Shown here one piece after another: positions 11,424 through 20,000 of a DNA stretch of 20,000 bases; position 1 is the stretch's first letter, and the number at the start of each line of letters is the position of its first letter. A program made the position numbers and the translations under genes. The notes below the pieces were generated by a model. It ran no database searches. It saw nothing but the letters and a program-made list of their open reading frames with translations, and was not told the origin of the DNA. Source of the stretch: Albugo candida (lineage: Eukaryota); the NCBI GenBank assembly GCA_040437565.1, contig JBDOQK010000015.1, positions 546,716 through 566,715 on the forward strand, in the 5' to 3' direction.

Positions 11424-13359
11424 GCCTGAATCGGCGGTATCCCATACAAGGAGCTGCAACGAGGTGCCCGGTCACCGTTTAGCCGAGTAGTCCATCCCCG
11501 TAAGCTCTTATCCCGGCCTTTTGACTTGAACAATCGGAACGGGAAGCAGGGAATGGTCCTCTTGCTTTGACTCTTTCTGCTTTGAGGCTTTCTGATTTGA
11601 CCCTTACTTCTTTGACTCTTTCTTCCTCAATTGTCGATTCTGCGTCTTGCCGAATGGTGGGATCCGCAATCCGGGGCATGGATTATGCAATTTCGCCATC
11701 AACTTCTGACATTCCTTTTTCTCTGACGAGCCATCGGCACGTTTCCTTCCCTCATGCTTGAAACAGACCCCACACTTTGGCACGTTCTTGTGTGCAGCAT
11801 GTTTTTGTGCATGAGCCTGTCCTCCGTTACATATCCCCTTCATCAGCTTGAGACAGCACAATGCACTTTTGATTACAACGGGCGACAAAGTTCGTGATGG
11901 TTTTCCAGCGTTAGGTGGTCATCGGGGATCACTCTCCGTACTGCTTTGATCCAGACCGTAAGCCTGATTGACGTTGAAGGAGTTTCCATTGCGTTCCATT
12001 CTCTTGTTGGCCAACGCGGATTTTATTTCATTCCATCGTCAGTGCTTGCTCGCAAGGGTTCTGCATCTGAATAGATGACGAAATGCAGGGTATTCGCAAT
12101 TATTAATTAGGGCTTTCAATGTGGTTGTACTTGTATTTTGACTGGGAGATTTGAAGAATAAATGAATGAGTGCTCAGACGTGTGTCCAGAAAATTTCGAA
12201 GGCGATAAATTCAGCAGTAAATCCCAATTTTTGAAATTCAAGCAGGAATAGGTCGTATCGGTTGTGTAAACGTAAATTATCCCTCTCGTGATCGCTGAAT
12301 TGCGCTAGGAAATGAAGCGAATTACCCGCGTATTTCGCATTTCTTCTGATACTCCTGATCGGGCCGTGTGCTCATCGAATTCAGGACTGCTCCTATGCAG
12401 CGTGTTGAAAGGCTGAAGCGGGAAGATATTGGTTTTCGTACCATGTGCCACTTTGAGTTTGTTTAATCGGAGTCTCGTGCAGTATGGATGAATATCATTG
12501 TTTGTCCGACCTACACTTGCTTTAAGAATCATCATTTCAAGCCAATCGAAGCCATACAAATGGATGAGTAGTCAATCAAGTTGACAACTGGATTCATTTG
12601 ATCCGCTTCTAACGGTTAAGGCTAGATGGGTTCTGGGGGATGGGCGGAGGGCTAGATTAAAAAATTGATAAACGAGTACAGGAGTGATACTGTGTAACAG
12701 TTGTGTACTGAGAGCACATGAAAGCGAGACAGCATGAAAATACCAATCGGTTGGACCGAGAAGAATTGAAAGAAAAAAAGCAGAAACTATGTCATGAAGC
12801 AGCTGAAAAATTTGTATGACACAAGTTTGAGCGATAATATGGCATGTTTGGAACGGTTTAAAAGCAGTTGATGCAGAAACTGTATCCGAGTTGTGCCAGT
12901 TGTGATAAAATATGCACGAGTTTTATTGACTAAATAAAGGAAGTTCTCCGCGTCCATTTTCGCTTTATTTCTAATCAACCTGATCTCACAAATTAGGCTC
13001 TTCACTTGTATCAAGGTGTGATTATCGCAAAAAACATCTGTACTGAGTCATAGAGACAGAGCATTTTACAGGATCCCAGTGGAAAGAAACGAAGGATCAA
13101 GTTGGGCTTATTTTGAAAATGAAGATCTATGAAAAGTGGAGCTCCTGGCTCTGAAGAAGTACTTGTTGTGAACAAAACAAATCTCGCGTCGGGTGCAATT
13201 GCACTGCGCAATCTAAGCCAAACTTTGACTTGTAGCGCCAATGTGATTGTCACTACTCATCGAATCCTCGACTACCTACAAACGGAAATCAGGCAGGATG
13301 TATTTGATCGTGTTTTATGTATGTGGTGCCCTGTTCAATAGACTTAATGATTCGGAGTG

Positions 13360-13410
13360 GGAAGTGGTTCTTTAACAGCTTTACCTATTATAGAAACTCA
13401 AGCAGACGTT
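13360..13410 (+). other. atp1: Micro-NUMT: fragment of the F1 ATP synthase alpha gene
   Basis: gga agt ggt tct tta aca gct tta cct att ata gaa act caa gca gac gtt = GSGSLTALPIIETQA-DV, matching the conserved GSLTALPIIETQAGDVS motif. Nearly all codons end in A/T, as in organelle genes. The flanks do not continue the protein. Confidence 0.75.
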
Positions 13411-16219
13411 CCGAGAAATAGTGTACATGTTCCGCATCAAAGGTAAGTGAAAATCATCAGGAACATATTGATCAACTTACCAAAGCACTTGCATTGCTCA
13501 ATGTGTGTTCTTAGTACTTGACGCAATCAAAGAAGCAGTCTGATCTTTCTCTTCTCTGTGTTGTATCGCACCCGCTCTATAATTCTAATCGAAAACGAAG
13601 CAGTTGATTCTGCGGTAGTAGACAATGATTTATGCAAACTTGAGGGCAACTCACATTCTTGATATAATTTGAAGTGTTTACGTTTACTCCCTTTTTCTTG
13701 TCGGTATCGTATCGATATTCACCGCATTATGCACGAGAAAGTTTCGACCTACTCAAAGCATTATGATGTTGAATCTTGGCATTATTTGGCGATGCAGATA
13801 TTGGCTTCTTGTGAATATTCAAGAGAGAAAGACAAAAAAACAACCTATCTCGTCATGTGGTCTAAATGAAGTCATATTGATGCGTTCAAGTACTTCTGCA
13901 CGAAAACGACACTCACGCTTTCTTTTTTGCGGCACTTAAGGAACTGCAGAGCGGACCATTGTCTCTAAACCTGCAACCGCTCAGTGAGCTGTCAAACTCA
14001 AATATTCCCATCGACAGAAACATGTTTCTCTTAGCAACCACTTTGCACTTTAAAAGCGTATGGATCAAGATAACTTCCTACAGAAACGACAATCCGATCA
14101 GAACGGACACTGTTCTGATAATTTTAGATCGCATCAAGTAGTCAGCATACTAACCTAGATGCATCTTGGTAAATTACCGTTTCAATGAGCTGGTCTCGAG
14201 CGTTTTTATTTGATTGTATCAATGAGGCGATCCCGGATAATGGACGCAGGTGCTCCGACGCTCCCACCAGCTCTCACAAAGCATGATATTTGACCTGCTA
14301 CATTTCGGAAATTACTGGGCGGAAATAATTGTGAAAACCTCAGCTTCCAGCCCTTGAACGCAAACATGTCGAGACACTTTAAGATGGACCATTTGTGTCC
14401 GTCACTCAAACACTCGCGATCAAAACGAGGACCCATTTCGGCCCATCTATTCTGTCAAGCATCATAATGGGATCTGAGTGAAAGCATCACGGATCTTAAT
14501 TATAGTCGATTGCGTCTTCTATTTGTACTTTGTCGATATAGCGAAGCCAAAAAGTGAAAAAAATATGGTCTCATCATTTGCACAAGTTAGTACAAAAATG
14601 TTTTACACTTTTATTTTGCTCAAGTAATAGCTCAGGATTTTATGCTTTGTGGCGGAGGAATTTGCAAACAACTCAAAATACTGGTAGAAATTTGTGCTGA
14701 CCGATGATATCGGAGTGCGTAGTACATATATTCAAACAATGCCACCACATGGGGGAAAACAAACTACTGCGGCTTAAATTGCCATCTGGAAGAATCGGTT
14801 CTTCAATAAACAACGCTGATTGTGATCTAGCAACTCTAAAATCGAATAAACGATAAATGTAGCCTCTGTCCCGAATGAAGAGAACATTTTGGTGGTAACC
14901 ACGGCAACGTATGGGGTTCTAGGAATTCGTAAATGTATTTAGCAAGCTCATTGCCATCTTCTTTACCGGCTTACTTTGCTCCAACAAAACGGATTGCTCA
15001 GCCTGATTCTCTCTCGATTGACTGCGACAACCGCAGATGATTCTTCTGTATTCTCAATTCTGCTTGTCACAATTATTGCCTCAGTGCTGACGTCAATATC
15101 ACGTAAATTAAGTCGAAATTTAGTGGGTCAGATGGAGACCTGAAGACTGGATTGAGGGCGATATTGATCAGCAGCTGGATACATGGCTATCGTTTCTTTA
15201 CCAGCGGCATAGATAAATGGCCTAGGTGCGGTCTTCTTGGGTCATTTTTCGACCCGGTTATTCGTCATTTGTTTTGTTGGGGTACTTTTGATCGATACAT
15301 TTTCCTTCTTTGAAGTCGCATGACCGGCACTTGGGTATGCATTTTCATCAATGTTTCCACTGGCACACTAATCCATTCGAAAACAGCATGCTCTTGACAA
15401 ACTCTGAGCGTGTTTCGGAACGTTATATTGACGTCGTCACGAACCACACTTTGTGTCTTGCGATTGTGTTGATTGATCTGTGGTAGTATATTTTACGTAC
15501 TGTATTCGGTGGTTTGGGAAAAGTTCTTTCCGCTAGTCCAAGTCGACACTTTGGTTTGTCTGTTGTCAATAGTGTGCACGGAAGGGACCGACTTGAAGTG
15601 CACACCGCTGTAGAGTCGAAGCAAGGTCTACCGCTTCGTCTTCGTAATGAGAAGTGGATCAGCATCAAGAAAATCTAATATGAACACAATGCAGCAGAAT
15701 ACGCGTCAATAAGATATTGTTCACGTAGAAGCTGGTTCATGATGACCGCCACTGAATAAGGCTCAGGTAGTTGATTAGAATAACGACTCACCATATCACT
15801 ACAGAATAATAATAAGAAACTGAAAAGTTTCCAATCGATTTACAGTCCAAATAGGACTAACCGTGCAATCAAGCCGCTGTTTAAGATATAGTCCTAATGA
15901 GATGTCAGTGGGAATAGTCACATCTCGGCTGACGAGCTGGATGGCTAACACCTTGGCCTTCTCAAGCAGCATGATAAAGGCAACGTAGTCTTGTTGGATT
16001 AATACATCTGCCAATCTCGCGAAAACAATTCTTGTGGTACCATTTAATCTTTCTGGTGGTCTGTTGCATTTTTTAAATCAATGATGCGACGTCAAAGATC
16101 TCATACGTCTCTCAACAGCAAGAATCGACCTTAAATCCTTGGAAGGTATATCAAAGCGGAGTGGCGACATCTGCTTTCAAATAGTGTGGTATAAAATTCT
16201 GTAGTTCATGAGATATATG

Positions 16220-17230
16220 AAGATTGAGAACCATGATCCCAATGAAGACGATCAAGGAAACCGGAGTCGAAGCTCTGCCAGAGGAGGAGGAAGCGAAGTC
16301 AAGGAGGTGTGGGTGACCGAAATTATTCCAGAGTTAGTGAAACCATAGCGACAAAGCGAAAGCTACGAAGAAGTGATATTTACATCAGAATATACGGTCC
16401 GAACTATACTAGATAGAACTTATACTATGGCGCAATCTGACGCCATTCAAATCAGGACTAGCATAGATAGTGGAAGGCACATAAGAAGACTCCAAGCTCG
16501 ATTGTGAAGGAATCAGTATCGTCAGAGAGCTTGGTATTCGATCCGATTTTGTACCCGATATCTATTTGTGGGGCGTTTGTCAGCGGTTTTGGCACGGCGA
16601 AAGTTTCGTGACAAAAACATTTAGAAAAGTTCGTTTTGGATGGACTACTACGTCTGGCTGTCAACGGATGATTTTAAATGCACGAGGAAGCCAAGACCGA
16701 CTACACAGCAACAATTCATCAGATCACGTACGGCGATAGATTACTGTATGCAGCGTTCAACATTACACCTTGCACTTAGTCCATTCGGACACTCATCAAC
16801 AGCGTCACTCCTTAGCACTACTTTGGGCTTGGAAGAACTTTACTTTAACCTGAGGGTCATGAAGAGTATGGTAAGCGGCAAACCAATGAGTATCTCGACC
16901 TACATGCGGCGTTTAATTGTTTCGAGTGATATAGCAGCTCAAGTCTTTAACGGCATCATGATCGATCATCACGGTCCTCCTGGTCATAGTCATCACGATC
17001 GCGACATTTCAATACAGAATGATCCCAAGCTGCATGATTTCACTGTTTGATAAGAGTGGACTGGATTGTGAAGAACGTATCGAACAAATTCGCTCGAAGC
17101 GCTCTACGCGTCGGGATCATAATTTTATTTCAATTGGGGCGATTCATCTTATATTAACGCTTATCGATGGCAAGATATTCTGGCGGTCTTACTTTAATGC
17201 ACAGAATGACAGTCAGATCTCCGCATAGGT
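16220..17230 (+). pseudogene. Possible decayed coding sequence of unknown product
   Basis: Long, nearly continuous plus-strand frame with few stops (ENHDPNEDDQG...EVKEVWVTEIIPELVKP; ORF 16640-17050). No motif recognised. Confidence 0.25.
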
Positions 17231-17775
17231 GGTAGAATATTCTCGTCATCTACAAATATGTAAGGTTCGTGAGAAACGAATAGTAATCTTTGAGTCATTA
17301 TTTGAATTGCACTTGACATCTTCAAAGTTGTTTCGTTGGATAGTCGATGCGTTCATACTTCATTGAAGTAGCTTCGTCATAAAAACTGATTGATATTTGC
17401 GTGCTTATTCTATCGCAAGACAATCGGCTCTTTTACAAAGAAAACAAATTTCTTGCTCCAAATAATCCTCGCACTTCCTTTAAAGCTGCAGCAAACACTA
17501 TTAAAAAAAAGCTACATGATTTTTGGAATCCAACAAAACTTTTCTGAATTCTTCGTCGTTTCCAGCACATCAGCTAGACTGCGTAATTGAGGGGGGGGCT
17601 TGCATGAGACCAAAAACGGGTATGAATTCGGAATTATATCACAATGTATATGTACAAATCTATTTGACTAAACTAGGGAATATGCACCTGTTTCCGCAAC
17701 ACGAACTGTACGTAGTATTTCCATCAGTCGAATCATGAGGCCAGGGTGAAAGCTCAAGTGACTGAGCGTCCAGCA

Positions 17776-18363
17776 TGCGTCATATCGAACGTGGTTAGCC
17801 TAAAGATGTTGCTGCTCGGAACAAGCGATGTCCAGTGCTTTTAAATGCAGCACAAATGTGCGTTAACTGCGAGTGATTTCTGCAATTTGCGTTCTTCAGC
17901 AACGAATTTATGGTTGCAAACCGCAGATTTTGATCTGGATTACTTAATTTAGATATTAATAAATATAAATAAATATTATGTGGATATTGGAAAAAATGTT
18001 TTGTTCTTTATAAGACAGCCGATCNNNNNNNNNNNNNNNNNNNNNNNNNNNNNNNNNNNNNNNNNNNNNNNNNNNNNNNNNNNNNNNNNNNNNNNNNNNN
18101 NNNNNNNNNNNNNNNNNNNNNNNNTGCGTCATATCGAACGTGGTTAGCCTAAAGATGTTGCTGCTCGGAACAAGCGATGTCCAGTGCTTTCAAATGCAGC
18201 ACAAATGTGCGTTAACTGCGAGTGATTTCTGCAATTTGCGTTCTTCAGCAACGAATTTATGGTTGCAAACCGCAGATTTTGATCTGGATTACTTAATTTA
18301 GATATATACCATGATTATGTGGATATTGGAAAAAATGTTTTGTTCTTTATAAGACAGCCGATC
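17776..18363. repeat. ~240-bp near-identical direct duplication flanking gap 18025-18124
   Basis: 17776-18024 vs 18125-18363: one T/C substitution and one replacement (TAATAAATATAAATAAAT vs ATACCATG). Confidence 0.9.
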
Positions 18364-18784
18364 CTTACAGACTTGCTTATCTATGGCTAAGATCTAGTTT
18401 GCCTACCACAAAAAATATATGGGAGCCGCTATGGCCACAGACATTAATACTACGGCCACAGGAAATTGATTTAACCAATCACAGCTCAGTTGAAGGTGTC
18501 TACATTACTAGAATTAGACTAACTGACTTCTCTAGTTGCCTAGGGTATCGTGAATAACATATACACACATATAAAAAAGGTTTCGTGAAATACCTGTGAG
18601 AGATGATTATATGTCGTCTCGCTGATAATCCCGTATCGCAGTAGCCTCAGCACCCTTAATACGAGACTGTGTCCAGCTTGTAAATGCTGTAAACTTGTAA
18701 AATTGGTAAGTTGTAATAATGGTCCAAAAGTACCTTGTTGTGCCATTTGGTGTGCGCCACACCACTGTGAGCATAACCAGCCAA

Positions 18785-19213
18785 CTAGGACAAGGATCCG
18801 ACTTGCACTTGCCTTCCCCCTCGCCTGTGTCGGACCCGTAGCAATGATCTTCGACTTCTGAAAAATCCACCAAATGATCCTTGCGTTAGGAGTTGGTCCA
18901 GCACCTGTGGAGGCCAAATGCGTCCCTCTTGGTCGTAACACTGTCTTCGAAAGTACCGAACGTGCGCACTAAACGTGGTGTAAATGACGGAAAGTGCTGG
19001 AACTGTCGGAGTTGCTGATCGCCGATCGAACAAACGACGATTCCGATCTGTCCAGACGAAGTGCAGCGTCACCGCTTGCAATGCTAGCCACAAATCTGAG
19101 ATAATGTCGAAATAGTCTTTCCAATCCGACCGTAGCGTTGGTACGAATGCACATGCAATATGCGTCCAACGTGGTCGAGAGGAGAAAAACTGATCCCAAC
19201 TAGGGAGTAACTC
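18785..19213 (-). CDS. C-terminal part of L1-clade ORF2 (Pol-like), region after the RT and zinc-finger domains
   Basis: Open for 143 codons (stop included) from the gap edge: ELLPSWDQFFSSRPRWTHIACAFVPTLRSDWKDYFDIISDLWLALQAVTLHFVWTDRNRRLFDRRSATPTVPALSVIYTTFSAHVRYFRR... It contains the W-x-x-RN-x-x-x-F motif typical of L1/Tx1 ORF2 C-termini. Confidence 0.82.
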   Translation of the reverse strand, partial: ELLPSWDQFFSSRPRWTHIACAFVPTLRSDWKDYFDIISDLWLALQAVTLHFVWTDRNRRLFDRRSATPTVPALSVIYTTFSAHVRYFRRQCYDQEGRIWPPQVLDQLLTQGSFGGFFRSRRSLLRVRHRRGGRQVQVGSLS

Positions 19214-19313
19214 NNNNNNNNNNNNNNNNNNNNNNNNNNNNNNNNNNNNNNNNNNNNNNNNNNNNNNNNNNNNNNNNNNNNNNNNNNNNNNNNNNNNNNN
19301 NNNNNNNNNNNNN

Positions 19314-19880
19314 ATTCGACTCCATACACGCTAGTAGCACACCATTCATAGTGATCGGATGATCAAGTGCCGCTCGGATAATTTTGTCCGGATTTGTGCA
19401 GAACTGGACTAGCTTTCTAACGTGATGGATGCAAGCATCGGCTTGAACTAGCTTGTCCGGTCGGAGCGAGTGAAGGGCATTTTTGGAATAGATTTCCATT
19501 AGCTCCCCTATTTCCCCAACCCGGGTTCGTCGCTCTGATTTCTCGATCGCTGTATGCCGTTTCTGGTAAAAGTGTGCCGCCTCTTTCGAGGTGGCCACCT
19601 CTTGTCGCATCCGTAATTGTTTGATCTGACGCTGCAAGTGTACAATCGTTTTACGTAATTCATCCAGTATGTGGTGTAATTCATCATTTTCGAGTCGTAG
19701 TGCTTTGTTGTGTTTTTTGTCAAAGTTTGTTGTAGAAGTTAAGTGAAGTGTCACCATCGACTTCGGTATCTGGACTCTTTGTAGCCATATAACTGCTAAA
19801 TAGGACACGAGCTGGTGCTCTGGAGACCATTTGTTCGATCGGCTCCGCTCGATTACGTTTTCCGGTGTTCCATGCCAACT
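19314..19880 (-). CDS. Coiled-coil ORF, probably the ORF1 N-terminal region of the terminal retroelement (3' partial)
   Basis: Stop-free frame of 189 codons running into the gap, with the heptad-like stretch ALRLENDELHHILDELRKTIVHLQRQIKQLRMRQE. It is overlapped by a 61-aa ORF starting at ATG 19905 in another frame. Identity is inferred from position and strand only. Confidence 0.5.
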
Positions 19881-19958
19881 TCATGAATACATCCCCATCC
19901 ATCATTACCTTTGGTGGGGAGTATAACTGACTGGTCAGTTGACTGGTCAGTTGAAAGG

Positions 19959-20000
19959 TTTAGGGTTTAGGGTTTAGGGTTTAGGGTTTAGGGTTTAGGG
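19959..20000 (+). repeat. Telomeric repeat (TTTAGGG)6
   Basis: Six perfect TTTAGGG units run to the last base with the G-rich strand 5'->3' outward, the expected orientation for a right-hand chromosome end in oomycetes and plants. Confidence 0.95.

Larger units (their letters stand above)
10815..12130 (-). pseudogene. Possible pseudogene of a secreted Cys-rich, low-complexity protein
   Basis: Frameshifted hydrophobic start TTLKALI/IIANTLHFVIYSDAEPL downstream of an oomycete Inr-like ACTCATTC (~12171-12164). Then Cys pairs (CNQKC, CTKTCC), a charged stretch (EEERVKEVRVKSE), SGSSxxxx repeats and a DDDSDCCCDGCCNGCCNGCC tail. Many stops. Confidence 0.35.
18540..19956 (-). mobile_element. L1-like non-LTR retrotransposon adjoining the telomere, 5' end distal; centre hidden in gap 19214-19313
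   Basis: An ORF2 C-terminus and a co-oriented upstream coiled-coil ORF flank the gap, with a short leader directly after (CCCTAAA)n on the minus strand. The 3' boundary is approximate and no poly(A) tail is seen. Confidence 0.72.

Noticed and set aside
17740-17795. tRNA-like AGCTCAAGTGACTGAGCG
   Set aside because: No B box on the same strand and no cloverleaf.

Overview
Eukaryotic chromosome end, most likely from an oomycete (short introns, oomycete-type Gypsy and L1 motifs, TTTAGGG telomere), in a draft assembly with five 100-N placeholder gaps. From left to right: an intron-retaining SMC1 cohesin pseudogene (1-3547); a degenerate Ty3/Gypsy LTR retrotransposon (~4981-9597) carrying an antisense tRNA-derived SINE; about 9 kb of decayed, mostly unidentifiable coding sequence, including a possible secreted Cys-rich pseudogene and a ~50-bp mitochondrial atp1 fragment; and a minus-strand L1-like non-LTR retrotransposon. 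The 5' end of this last element abuts six perfect TTTAGGG repeats at the window end. Its visible frames are open while everything else is decayed, and its polarity (5' end distal, capped by telomere repeats) matches telomere-associated retroelements, so it is the best candidate for an undescribed system here. Its two halves are joined only across an assembly gap.
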